The position numbers were made by a program, and so were the translations under genes. From Adineta vaga (Eukaryota > Animalia > Rotifera): a stretch of 64,000 nucleotides of DNA. The notes beneath the pieces are model-generated. The model was not told the origin of the DNA. It did no database searches and saw only the letters and a list, made by a program, of their open reading frames with translations. The stretch lies in the NCBI GenBank assembly GCA_021613535.1, contig CP075495.1, positions 1,426,001-1,490,000 of the forward strand, written 5' to 3'. Below are positions 10,501 through 22,146 of the stretch, one piece after another. The stretch's first letter is position 1. Each line of letters opens with the position of its first letter.

Positions 10501-12142
10501 CAGTAAAAATCATTTCATTTAAACCATTACAAATATTTGCAAATGAAATTTTCTTTTTATTTAATAAGCAATCATCTTGAGTATGTAATGATGATAAACA
10601 TTTGTTTTCTTCTGAACATTGAATTCGATATTGAGAATTAATTGAACAACTATAGATATTTGTATTATCTTCATCATCACCAGAACAACAATCAAGATTT
10701 TCATCACTTATACGATGTTTAGATATGAATTTCGATGAATTTTCACATTGATATAAGAATGAAGAATTTTCATAGGTAAATTTTTCGATCTTTGAAGTTG
10801 AACAGGATCGAAAATATGAACTAATTACTAAAATTATATCAATCCAAAGATGACCTGTAATACTCGATGTTAAATCAATTTGTGAACTAAATAAACAAGT
10901 TAAATTTTCGTAGAAAAAATTTGGAATTAAACAATCACAAAGTTCTTGATCATAACAAATATAATCTGGAATAATTAAGAAAGTTTCATTTGTTTTTAAT
11001 GAAATATTTTCATATAAAAATCGAATATGTCCAGAATAAATTGGAAACGATGGAAATTGAAACATTTGATCACATGATCGAAGAAAATCTCTAATAGTTT
11101 TCATAACGAATTCACATGAATAACCATGAATTTGTTGAATCAATTTCGTTAGACATATCATTCCAATAAAACAATTATCCGATAAATCTTTTTGAATGGT
11201 CAGTGATTCAATTAATAATAAATGTCGTCCATTATGACATTGATCATAACTTTGTACACATTGTCCATCACCACATGAAAATTCATACCAATTTGGTCGA
11301 CATGAATGTTCTTCACAACGAAATGTTGGATCTTGAAAACATACATTTGGATAATAAACATCAGCATATTCATCTGATCGATCGAGACAATCAGCATGAC
11401 CGATACCATTTTCCCAAAATTGTTGTGGAATACATAAACCATTATGACATCGATATTCATCTTCTTGACATTCATGTTGTTCCATATCGAAACAAAATAA
11501 TTCATCAAGACCTTCATCAATACAATCGATATGTCCATCACATATCTCACGCCAATCAAGACATAATGATAATCCACCACGATTACATTGAAGATGAACA
11601 TAACATGGAAATGATTTGGGTAAATCGAATAATCCTATGTATGAAAATTTTCGATGAAATTGATTGTAAACAATATCATCCATTGACATTTGTTCAGTAA
11701 ATTCAAATGAATATTGACAATATAAACCAAACCATGGTTTTGTACAATTATAAAATATTTCATTTGATAATGATAAATCAATTTGATTCGAAAATAATTC
11801 ATATTTTTCAACTAAATCCAATGGACATGACCAGAAAAGAAGATCTTTCGTAGTTATATTATTTAAATGTAATTCTTCGAATGTTAATCTTTGACTATTT
11901 ATATCAATAAAATCTTCTATAAATTCTTCACTTTTATCTATTGGTCGAAAACAATATGGAATTATATCCTTAATTCGATTTGATAATTCTTGATATCCAA
12001 TTTCTTCACGAATAACATAATAATACAAACAATCATATTGCCAAATATATTCATTCGTAGTTTTATCGATATCATGTAAAATCAATTGACAATTAAGATT
12101 TAATATTTCATAATAAATCAATAATAGAATAAGTTTCTTCAT
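7547..12142 (-). CDS. Intronless LDLa/EGF-repeat ectodomain class-A-like 7TM receptor (1531 aa)
   Basis: Signal peptide; LDLa modules (CDGHIDCIDEGLDE, CDGYWSCSNGEDE, CNDISSCPLADDE); EGF modules (CMCPPSYYGDFC, CQCFPGWTGYQC, CVCTDCFYGNQC); seven hydrophobic segments with ERA at the DRY position. Confidence 0.9.
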   Translation of the reverse strand: MKKLILLLIYYEILNLNCQLILHDIDKTTNEYIWQYDCLYYYVIREEIGYQELSNRIKDIIPYCFRPIDKSEEFIEDFIDINSQRLTFEELHLNNITTKDLLFWSCPLDLVEKYELFSNQIDLSLSNEIFYNCTKPWFGLYCQYSFEFTEQMSMDDIVYNQFHRKFSYIGLFDLPKSFPCYVHLQCNRGGLSLCLDWREICDGHIDCIDEGLDELFCFDMEQHECQEDEYRCHNGLCIPQQFWENGIGHADCLDRSDEYADVYYPNVCFQDPTFRCEEHSCRPNWYEFSCGDGQCVQSYDQCHNGRHLLLIESLTIQKDLSDNCFIGMICLTKLIQQIHGYSCEFVMKTIRDFLRSCDQMFQFPSFPIYSGHIRFLYENISLKTNETFLIIPDYICYDQELCDCLIPNFFYENLTCLFSSQIDLTSSITGHLWIDIILVISSYFRSCSTSKIEKFTYENSSFLYQCENSSKFISKHRISDENLDCCSGDDEDNTNIYSCSINSQYRIQCSEENKCLSSLHTQDDCLLNKKKISFANICNGLNEMIFTDSKTGQIYTDESDCHYWPCKNIYTICDGYWSCSNGEDEENCFPSKCSHGTYSCISPVNYTLICLTSEKINDGIRDCLGSMDEMEFCRRVYPSNLNPKRFRCQNTDVCLSLSEVCNDISSCPLADDELFCQNQTNLKEIFHYFNEIEQKKFVHFSIHTSSNYPQQIAFNQTFPWKFEQHIIREYHYSQKISSISPWSCNRGLTIRIKSTKNQYRCMCPPSYYGDFCQYQNERISLTIGMISSERYDVYILILMLINDNNNSSLKDIHSYELIEYIPSQSCDMKYNIYLLFSTRPKDHSKTYYIQIDIYEKHTMNYHASWYLSIPFLFLPVNRISTLLFIPSESLSSISYCSIQCQNGQCMKYINREDKSFCQCFPGWTGYQCNIPIVCHDCSIDSLCIGSMNNRSICICPLMKFGRRCSLTSLCPENACENNGQCISSDLMSISTKEYSCICSEYYYGSRCQYRKAQLNIFLQNLEIPSYLLAFFFTISNDSEPTLTIMIQKLTLFQRMVTFRISIPYHIVVVRSNKNYYLAVLQSHLNLNLVTQINPLQQCFPIESLFNSTMMTMLHFQRMKFYHILCERNSLLSCFIDEYYLCFCTQDHHANCFQFQFNENHLQCSSKHTCFNGGQCLQDHPTCPSTIICVCTDCFYGNQCQFYSKGLGLTLDEILTYEIKSNVNLIKQSFIIKLCALIITIILLAGICNSILSIIVFKNKTSQEVGCGIYLFASSIISLCIVILFALKFWFLIYSYRDFVGQNFIRFTNCMIIEPLLKLFLNVNNWLNACVASERAFAVFKGVSFRKKASKQMAEWIIICVIIINMILLIPQTLNLRLFYDKREDRTWCVTLYSELLNNYNSFSLFFHFFSPFIINLFSALFIIIGTAHQRVISQNQHKFTNHFMTKFNQHKHLLISPILLLILSLPRLVISFKLNCKKSSDYFWLYLSAYFISFLPSILIFIVFVLPSPIYKKEFTQFLSRIQRRYALFNK

Positions 12143-12517
12143 TACTAATCACTTCTTTTTCCCTCTTACATACGTTTGACAACGGATACAACAAGTGCAA
12201 AGGTCATGAAAATTCTATCCGTAGTAAAATGAGAAAAATGCTAATAATGATAAAATCATCAATTTACATTTACTTTCTATGATTAAAACAAAAGAACGTG
12301 TCTATTTTAATAGAAAATTGTTTCATTCAAGGTTATTGAATAATACTTTGATTGTAGTTAGTATAAATATACAAGTCAATCAATCCGACAGAACTTCTTA
12401 CACATGGTTACATTCAAAATATAAATATGATATGATTTAGGTTTATTTTTAAATATTTAAAGAATCTAATTATACAAGGAAAAATTGATATACTACAATG
12501 AAGATACAATTGAAATC

Positions 12518-12691
12518 TTATTCTTTTTTGTCTGTATTTGTCGGTGTATTTCCTCCTTTTGAATTTGTTGAATTCGTATCATTTCCACCAGTCGATCGAT
12601 TTGCATCTGAATTTGAACATGGTGCAGTTTTGCCTGGATCTTGTGTTGGTTTCCAACGAGTTGATCCTGGACCTGTATAAGCTGGACGCAT
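12518..12691 (-). CDS. Possible small hydrophilic G/T/N/S-rich peptide (57 aa)
   Basis: ATG-initiated ORF, GC-richer than its flanks, low complexity. No recognised homology. Confidence 0.3.
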   Translation of the reverse strand: MRPAYTGPGSTRWKPTQDPGKTAPCSNSDANRSTGGNDTNSTNSKGGNTPTNTDKKE

Positions 12692-13478
12692 GTTTAATAA
12701 TTGATAATAATACAATAATATGGAACTGAAGATATAATGATCGAATACAAAGAATTGTTTCTATTATATACAAGGGATCGAGCGAGAGCGAGAGAGAACG
12801 TCGATATCATTAACAGAAAGCAGAAAATGTCGTCAATAAAAAAAAAAGAGGAGTATATCGATATGTTATTATCACTGATCGAAAGATTTTCTTCTAGATT
12901 GATAGATTATTATCAGAAATATAAGGACTATCCAGTATACAGACGAATATCATTAATATTAGTTAAGGTCAAAGATAACAAAATATATATTAACAATAAC
13001 AACGAATGTTTCAATTTGTTCTTTGAATACTTTGATTTACATAACAAAAAATATTCATCCAAGAGTTATGCGTACTACAAAAAGTGTATGAGAGAGATGA
13101 GTCATGCTGGAATATCTGTGCATCAAAATTATCATGAAAAATCTTTTTGATGATTTGTTTTTCAATGAATTCTTGTGTTTGTCTCTATCAAGATTACAGT
13201 CCTAAGCAACTTTATAAATCTATAAGAGGTATATGATAAGACTACAGACATTAGTATTCGCATAATAACCTATAGGAAACACCAAACTACTGATCATTTG
13301 AGACATATTTTTTGCAATAAGTAATTTCATTTAAAAAAACACATGTGATATCACTTGATGTGAAAATGATCGATTCCATAGAAGCAGTAATGCTCACAAA
13401 ATCTTTCTTAGTCTACGATTATTTTTATTTAGAATTTGTTAGATACGAACGAATATAAATAGTAAACAAATCAATATA

Positions 13479-15447
13479 CTAAAGATAGTTTTCCAAAATC
13501 TGTTCTTTTATTATTGGATGGTTTGAATACAAATGATGGTTTCTTCCCAACAGATTTATATCGTGATGTGAACCAATCCAAAGAAGTATTTTTGATGAAT
13601 TTGAATCAATTATTTGTTTCTGAACTGTAAAATTATGAAATATTGTATTCTGTTGAATCCATTCAGTCAAATCAGTGATATTCTCGAGTGACGTATTTGG
13701 TAATTCAATATTTGCCATTGTTAATTGTCGGAGAATATTTAATATAAAAAACATTTCTTCTGTAGAAAGTAATCTGATTGTTAATTCTTGTAAATTGAGA
13801 AATGATCGTGTAAAGGAAATTAAATCTGCACGAGATAGAATCAATTCACTCTCTTTGTTAAGTATCAATTTACGAATACGCATTGTCATTAGAAGACAGA
13901 TCCATTCATAATCTCTTGTTTCGAATAATGAATGTAACCAATCTGTTGTACATGTCAATATATGAACATGATCAGATGATTTTACAAGAAGAGATGCTAA
14001 TCTTGTTGGACTAATTGGTGAATTATGATTAATAATTATATGTTGAAATGATGGAGTTTGTAGGAGATCGCAAACATTTGGATGAATCGGTTCAATTTCA
14101 GTATTATTAGCACCATAGAACTGTATAGAACGTACATGTGGACATATAGATTGAGTAGATTTTGATAAATTCCACCATAATTCAATGTGAGTTACATGTG
14201 GATATATATCGATCAATGTTGAGTCAAGTAAAATTTCATCATCAGGCCAATAAAGAATAGTGTTGATAGATGATTGAGTAGTCGATAAACGAAAATATTG
14301 ACCATGATCACGTAAATGACAACGAACGAACCAATTACGAGATATCCAAAAATTATTTTGAAAAGCTTTAAATAAGGGAAGATGATCAGGATTTTCTTGT
14401 AGTGACATAGCAAAATTGAAACGAAATGAAGAGAGATTTACTGGTAAAATGGTTTCCCATCGATGAGCTTCTAAAAATGGTAAATCCGGATTGAGTGCTT
14501 CAATTATTAGAGTATGAAGTTGAGGTGTATGCCCAAGAAATAAAGCAAAATGATCAAAAACTACCTAAAACAACATGAAAAAAAACACAAGTTTTTTTTA
14601 AAGATTATCATTCTTAAAAAATAAATACATACATTTGATACAATATTTACGTTTAAATATCGTAAAGTATGAAAGATCTCAGTGGATCTAAAGATATCAT
14701 CAGTTAATAGATCAGGTTCTCTAACATCGTCTAAAACTGCAGTTAAACGTTTTATATGTGGAAATCGTTGTAGAAAAATCGCTAATAAATTTATATGAAT
14801 ATAATGAATATGTAATTGTTCTACAAGTGAAATTCCATTTGATGTTTGAATCCATTGATCTGAAATTTCATAAGGAAATGCTAAACAACGTAAAGATATT
14901 GGTAGAATGATATTTTCTTGATACAATTCATCTATGTTCATAACAAATGGCATCAAACGTGTGTATTCACCAATTGATAGATTTTTAAGATGAATGAATC
15001 CAGAGAAGTGAGGTGTGAGACTTTCAATGTCAGATTTTGTAAATTCAATTAATTTAAATGATTCAAGATTAAGGAAAATACTTCCTGAGAAATTGAAATT
15101 CATTAGAAATTGTGAGAGTAATCCAGGTGTTGATGAATTACTTCCAGATAAAGTAAAAGAAGTAATACGAGCATTAATATGTGGTAGAATTTGTTTACAG
15201 TACAGATCAAATGTAATCTTTGAAATATCAACGAAATTAACGTGTAAACGATAACATTGTTGACTAAATAGTAAAAATCTATAAGAAAAACGAATTTTGT
15301 ATATAAAACAAAGACTTACTCAAGTATAGTATTGATATGATAATTTAATCCATAGAATGCATGATATAGATCACATGCATCAAGATAATCACCGATTTCA
15401 ACGATTAATTCAGGTGGTAAACTATTAAATTTAGATAGAACCATCAT
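13479..15447 (-). CDS. F-box protein with degenerate LRR-like repeats, multi-exon
   Basis: N-terminal SLPPELIVEIGDYLDACDLYHAFYGLN F-box motif. ORF segments 15316-15501, 14561-15103 and 13479-14408 are separated by short introns and contain LxxLxL repeats. Confidence 0.8.
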
Positions 15448-16171
15448 GAAATTATCTAGAAAATGTATATTGTTTTCTAAAAATGCTTGAGCGCGTCTCA
15501 ATTTTCATTGAATTATCAAAAAATGAAAAAGAAAGAAGATATGTATGTACCGATCAATAATCAAATAAATATGAAGTGAGGTTATCTAATATAATTACAA
15601 AAAACAATGATCTCTATCGATATTAAAAGAATAAATCATAAAGAATAGGTAGGTCAGAAAACATACGAATCATATTGTTAATATCAGTAGAAAATAATTC
15701 TCAGATGGCGCATTAGCTCAGTTCTTATACGTGGCAATACATAGATGATGATACTAAGTTAATCAATCTGTACAATATGACTCATACAGCCACGTCGACA
15801 TAGACAAAACTAGGAACTAAAGATGCTTTTCAAAATCATAGATTATACAATAAATACATTAAATGAAACAATCAAATCTTTAATTAAAGTTTTCTTTTTT
15901 TTGTTATTATTTCTCTAAGCATTATGAAATAAGAATATGATTTTGAGCATTTTTGTTTGATCAAATAGAAACAAATACATTTGAAATTTGTCTCCGTAGT
16001 TCATTTAACAAGGTTTGTTTTTCTTTTCGTTCTTTGCAAGGACTAGGAAGAAATACATATCATATTTATAATATTTAATATGACCTCAACGTACATTTGA
16101 TCATTTTCATCCTATGTAAAGCCATAGAAGCGGATCGAAAAGTGTGAGGACAATTTTCAACGATAAAATCG

Positions 16172-16837
16172 ATGGATACTAATACAAAAATATTATCTCA
16201 TTCATTTTGGAATATTTTTGTTAAAATATTTCTTGGTTTTTCATTGATTGCAGGAATCATAGTCGGTTCCTATGGACTTGCTCTCTATGTAAAAGCAATA
16301 CAAGACGAACATTTATTTCGTCCATGGCAAACAATATGTCATTTACTTGATTATCAAACGATTAAACATGATTGTAAATCATGTGGTGAAGATGGATGTT
16401 TAGTTTATACATGTTATAATCAAATTTATCAAATAATGTATCAAATTTTCAATGGAACATATATAAATAGTACAATTATTTTTAATGATAAACAAAATCA
16501 ACGAGCAATGAAGGTTTCAATTAATCGATATGTTCAAACAAAACAAAAAAACGAATTTTTTTTCTTTATTTAGGTTGGAGAAAATTATACATGTTACTAT
16601 GATGAACCACATGATGTTACATTTGTTAAATGGGAATATGATGATGATAAAATTGGACTTATTCTACTTTGTGTAGGATATACTATTGTTGGAATTATTA
16701 TTTTATTAATATTTCTATTGTATTCAGTTCAATTATTTCAAAAATACATTAGGAAATCAAATGATCTACTTGTAAAAATATATTCGGGACGAAAAAGATC
16801 TGATTTAAATCAATTATCTATTGAAAATCCTCATTAA
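16172..16837 (+). CDS. Two-TM protein with Cys-rich extracellular loop (BK-channel beta-subunit-like topology), paralog 1
   Basis: TM1, loop W..TIC...CKSCGEDGC..Y.C, intron ending 16573, VGENYTCYYD...W, TM2, TAA 16835-16837. Confidence 0.7.
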
Positions 16838-17142
16838 TTTTGTTGTATATAACGAGTCATGTGATTCATATTATACATAAATATATTCATTGTTATTGTT
16901 GGATATTACATTTTGTTCCAAATGACTGATCACAATTAATAATGTTAAGAAAAAATTAACCTTTGATATTATTGTTACTGAAATTTTTCTTTTTTGTAAA
17001 AATTCATTTCGTTTCGTTCTTTTTCTCGACGTAAATAATTTCCATTGTTTTGGTTGCTCATAATTATGACGTCGATGGTCTATTCGATAATATAATAAAT
17101 ACTCTCTAACCTATAGATTTATAATAGACAAACAAAAAAATC

Positions 17143-17863
17143 ATGCGCAACTTAGGTGCAAAATATCGTAATCGAAAACGATTTCTGTGTAATCCGTATG
17201 TTATCTTTTCTCAAGTAGAAATTTTAGTATTTTTATCCTCTTTCTCATAGAGCACTCTGTCGTGTTCTATGGTTATTAGGTATCGGAATATTTGCATTTA
17301 CTATTGGCATTATCGGTGCTCTTTTGGGATCAATTGGTCTAATTAAACAAGCACATAATCGTGTTTATGAACAGTTGAATAATCAATGGGAAACAAAATG
17401 TTTCGTATTTCAACGTGTATCTCTTCCACATCCATGTCAGAATTGTAACGATTCAAATTGTAATACAAATATTTGTTATGATGAAAAATTCAAAGTTATT
17501 TATAAAATATTCGATGAAACAGAAATCTTAAGTACAATCAGTGTTAACGATACTCCACATCAACAAGATATTCAAGTGAGTATATTAACTGAATTCTTAT
17601 CATTGATTTTAAAGTAGAATTATTAGGTTGGTCATGAATATAAGTGTTATTATGATCGATCGGTGAATGTTCAATTCGTACAATGGGAATATATTTCACC
17701 AAAATCACAAACACAAATTATCATCGTAGGAATTGTTTTAATGAGTGTTGCTATAATTATCGCTGTTGTTTTGTCAATTTACATTTTTTGGATTGAAAGA
17801 CCTCGTTTAAAACAATCGAAAAGAAGAAATCAAATGTTAAGACATCTATCCGATGAACATTAA
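17143..17863 (+). CDS. Two-TM protein with Cys-rich loop, tandem paralog 2
   Basis: Same Cys/Trp pattern (WETKC...CQNCNDSNC...CY; VGHEYKCYYD...QWEY) and same intron position as paralog 1. Confidence 0.7.
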
Positions 17864-18126
17864 AATCTATTCCATAATATAATATCGTCTTTGTTTTTCC
17901 CATTCAAAATCATATTTTTCTTTCTGTTCTATTCAATAAAGTACATATGTCGATAAAAGTCGAATTTTCGTCTAAAAATAGATTCTTCATAGTGAGATTA
18001 TAAACATATTTGACATTTATTTCCCATGTTGTCGTATCAATATGCGAAATAACACTCAGCAGTCTTTTACCTTCGAATCGTATGAAAACAAAACAATGTA
18101 TGAGAAAGAAAAAAAAGAACGAGAAC

Positions 18127-18198
18127 AGGTTCTACCCTGATTTGAACAGGGGTTACTGGAGTCAGAATCCAATGTCCTAACCACTAGACTATAGAACC
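18127..18198 (-). tRNA. tRNA-Gln (anticodon CTG)
   Basis: Minus strand GGTTCTATAGTCTAGTGGTTAGGACATTGGATTCTGACTCCAGTAACCCCTGTTCAAATCAGGGTAGAACCT folds as a cloverleaf with A/B boxes and a downstream T-rich terminator. Confidence 0.93.
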
Positions 18199-18219
18199 CT
18201 TAATTGTTCAATAAAACGT

Positions 18220-18621
18220 TCATCGATTCGAAATTTCTAATAAATATTGTTTATAATTTCGATATTGTTCACGAATTACATTTTCATATGATTGTTCATC
18301 TTCATATAATAACGAATAAAGAATTGACAATTGTTCATTATTTAACATTGATAGACAACGTAAGAAAAGATTCATATCCACAGTAAGTAAAGAAAATTCT
18401 TCATTTGAAATATTTTCATGTGAACAAACAAGACATGGTATTGATCGAGGTAGATCAATTGAAATTTGTTCAATAGATTTCTTTTCACCATATAACCATG
18501 ATGAAAAATAATGCTCAATAGTTCGAGGAAAAACCGTTCGTTTAATTGCCATCATAATTCCATATTGTATATGTGAACGTACAAGTCGATAATCAGCTGC
18601 TTTCATTTCATTGAAATGCAT
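18220..18621 (-). CDS. Hypothetical protein (133 aa)
   Basis: Open frame with coding-like composition and a CxxC. 5' structure unclear. Confidence 0.45.
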   Translation of the reverse strand: MHFNEMKAADYRLVRSHIQYGIMMAIKRTVFPRTIEHYFSSWLYGEKKSIEQISIDLPRSIPCLVCSHENISNEEFSLLTVDMNLFLRCLSMLNNEQLSILYSLLYEDEQSYENVIREQYRNYKQYLLEISNR

Positions 18622-19720
18622 AGAAATATGTATCTATTCTTCTCATTTTTATATAGGATATATTCATCAAGATAATGATGCCGTTAATCGGATTGATTAG
18701 TTCATCTATGTGTGATGAACGTCAAACAAGTAACAGATTATTTCTCATCATTGATTTCAGGTTAGAAAAACAAAATCAATGACAACATGCTGTTGAGAAT
18801 TTTTCATTGATTTTCGAAAGAAGAAGAAGAAGAAGAACATCATCTTTATTTACATTTATCATCTATCTAAGCAAAGTGTGTGTGTTTTTCTACACACTTG
18901 TTTTTTCTTTCTTTCTTCTCCTATTCTTTCCGAAGAATAGGCAAAAAGAAAAAAGAAGCGAGATCTGTTTATAGACGACTAGTACTCTTATTTAGTTAGA
19001 AAAGAATGCAACTATATATTTTTCTGTACAAGGTTATCGTTCGTGCGTCATTCTTTTTTTTTCTTTTTCTATTTGGAAGAACGCACACGTGTTTCTTAGA
19101 ATTTTAACTGCGAACAAAAAAAAGAAGAAGAAGAAAGAACGCTTTGAGAATACAAATTACCTTGAATTCGATCAATATTTATACATGATTTGACATTAAC
19201 CTCAAAAACTTATGATTCTATTGAACTTAGAAGACAAGTATATACTCCTTTTCAGTGAACAATAAATATATATGGCAAATTTTTTCGTTACGCACATTTG
19301 TCTCCTTTTTTTCATTTGATGAATGATCGATCCAATTTATCATTATTATATATTCAGTGTGACGAACATTGAAAAATGACCTTCTTCTTTTCGTGTTAAT
19401 TTATATATATTCAAACGCATTGAACATAACGTAGATTTTTCTTTTCTTTTTAGAATAATTCAATGAACATTTCGTTTTGTCAGATGACTTTCATTTAAAT
19501 AAGGTAAAATAATATTTTCTTCTTTCCTTCAAAAGATTAATATCTGTCAATAAGATAAAGATCATTTTCTCGTAGTCTAGTCGGATATTTTCTTTTCTAT
19601 TTAATGAAAAAGAAAAGAGTTCCTTAAATATTATTCCATCGATTATATTGAAAGAAAGAAAAGACCTTGTCTTTCCCTCCCCTCCCCCCTAAAAAACCTA
19701 TACCGATAACTTTGTTTAGA

Positions 19721-21529
19721 ATGAATATCAATTCGTTCGAATCGATTATATTAAATATAATCTTATTAATTCTTCTTTATCCTTTGGTTAAAAGTTCAAC
19801 AACTTGTTCAATATTTCCATCATTAAATTGTTCATGTTTTCAATCGAATTATGATTTAACATCAACATTACCAATTAAAATCTATTCACATTTATATTGT
19901 AAAGGTAATATCTTAACTAAAAATACATTTCAATCACCATTTGGATCAGATTATAAACATCAAAATCGTTTTCGTACAATTTCAATTGAATTTCTTCATG
20001 AAAAACAAATTGAAATTCATACTAATCAATTTGATTCATTAGCAATGTTATTTTCATTGACAGAAAAAACAGCACAAATTGAACTTTCTCTTCGTTTTAA
20101 TAATTTTACATATATTAAATTTAACAAACAAGCAATTACATCGAATATCTTTCAAAAAAAACATCAAAATATACGTTTATGGTTATATTTTCAACCTACA
20201 ACCGATTCTAATCAAGTTCGTTTAGTTATTTCATAGATTTTGTTTTTCATATACATCTTTCTCTATTTAGATCAATTCCGGTGATGATAATTTAGATCAA
20301 TTTCAATTTTCACAAAATTCTTTTTCTGGTTTAATTATTTCACAATTAAATATGTATATTCATACATCACAAGATCATTTTTCTTCTTCATCTTCATTTG
20401 AACATGTTTTTAATAATACAAATATTGGTGAAGTTCATTTTCATGGAACAATTATTCCACCTGATTCATCCACAACTATTCAACCAATCTTTAAAGGTCT
20501 TATAAAATCATTAACACTTCATCGTCGTGTTGATACAATTGATTCAAATTCATTTCCATACTATCCGTCCGTTCTTTCATATAATATACATTCAATTGAA
20601 GCACATTCAATGGATCTTAATTCATTTATTCCACGATATCATAATTTACGTGGATTAGAATTAATTAAACCACGTTTTGAAGTTTCAATCGATAAACTAA
20701 TTCCTACATTAGATTCTCTTTTATTAGATATTGAATATGTCAATGAACGAACTTTATTAGGAGCTCAACATATACATTACTTAAAATTAGGTTCACGTCT
20801 TCGTCGAATTCATTCACAAGTTTTTCATTCATTACCAAAACATTTACGACTTTTTGATTTATCCGATATAAATTTATCTGAAATGACAACTGATTCTCTT
20901 TGTTTATTAATTCAATTTATTTATAATACAATTCAACAACAATTAAATATTATTTATCCTCGAATAGAAACATTAACTGAATGTAATTGTGCTCGACTTA
21001 TTCTTAATGATATTCGATCAAAAATTATTTCTAAAGATCATCTTCCTAATGAATCAATATGTTCGAAACAATGTCGTTTTAGTATTTGTCCAATTATTAG
21101 TGAACATTTTCGAGAAAAATATCCATTAGTTGCAAATAATTTCAATTTCAATGATGATTTACCATCGATAGATTTATATTCTGATCCAAGTGATATTGCA
21201 CTAATGAGTTTTCTTGCTAATCAAACTGAATTAAATTCCAAGTAAATTCAACATAAAGAAAATATTTCTCTTATAACATTAGTTTTTTTTGTTTCTTCTA
21301 TCTTAGACGAACAACATCAACTACATCTCGAACAAATTCTCAACATTTAGATGAAAATAAACGAAGCAAAAGTTCTAAAATAACAGATTATTTTTCTTGG
21401 ATAACAATTTTAATTAGTATTATTAGTATTTTATTTCTCGTTATTATTATAATTAGTATTATATTTTGTATCCGAAGACATAGAAAACAAAATGAATTCA
21501 CTGTTATACCTGTTTATGTTACGGATTAA
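19721..21529 (+). CDS. Type I membrane protein with LRR-like ectodomain (3 exons)
   Basis: Signal peptide, LRRNT-like CSIFPSLNCSC, LRR-like segments (LPKHLRLFDLS), Cys cap ECNC, TM ITILISIISILFLVIIIISIIFC, TAA 21527-21529. Confidence 0.75.
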
Positions 21530-22146
21530 TGTTTTGTCATAATAAAAATTTCTTCTGGTGATTTGAATACTTACGAAAATATGATGAATAATAATTCTCG
21601 CGCGAGTAAAAGAGAAAAACAACGAATATTTCTTTTCTTCTTCTTCTTCTTCTTCTTCGGTTCAAAGTCAATAGGATGATTCATTGATGTCTTCTATAGT
21701 TATTGGAAATCCTTGATATTTATTTGAATAACGTGTCCTTGTACTTTTATCTTTCATCATAACATATATAGGATTATTACTATGAATGTAAATGTAGTAA
21801 GTGTTGTTTTATTGACTTCATAAATTCTATGGAATGATTCGCTGGTTAGTGTGAAGAGAAATAAACTAATTTATTATCTTCCATGATAAGATTGATGCCA
21901 AAGCATCCAGAAAACAGACGATTATTCATCTTTCTGCATCTTTTTTCTCGCTTCTCTTCGGACTAGAAAATATAACGTGCAATATTTTTCTTCCTCTTCT
22001 CTTGACGTGTCTCTAGAAGAAAAGAACGAATAGAAGGGGAAAAAATAGACGCTAGAAAGAAAACGAAGTTAAAGAGTAGAACGGCAGCATCTGTGTAAAG
22101 TCAATTGTAAAATAATAATAGTCGTGTATTTAGAATCGGTGTATTG

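Noticed and set aside
8055-11700. Several 60-165 aa ORFs overlapping the large receptor gene
   Set aside because: Antisense or alternate-frame shadows of a Cys-rich, AT3-biased CDS; no motifs.
12737-13150. 137-aa ORF
   Set aside because: K/Y/I/N-rich, as expected for random AT-rich DNA; no motif or splice support.
21637-21657. (TTC)n and other microsatellites such as (CT)n near 1975, (TA)n near 35705 and (TATG)n near 57440
   Set aside because: Ordinary short simple repeats.
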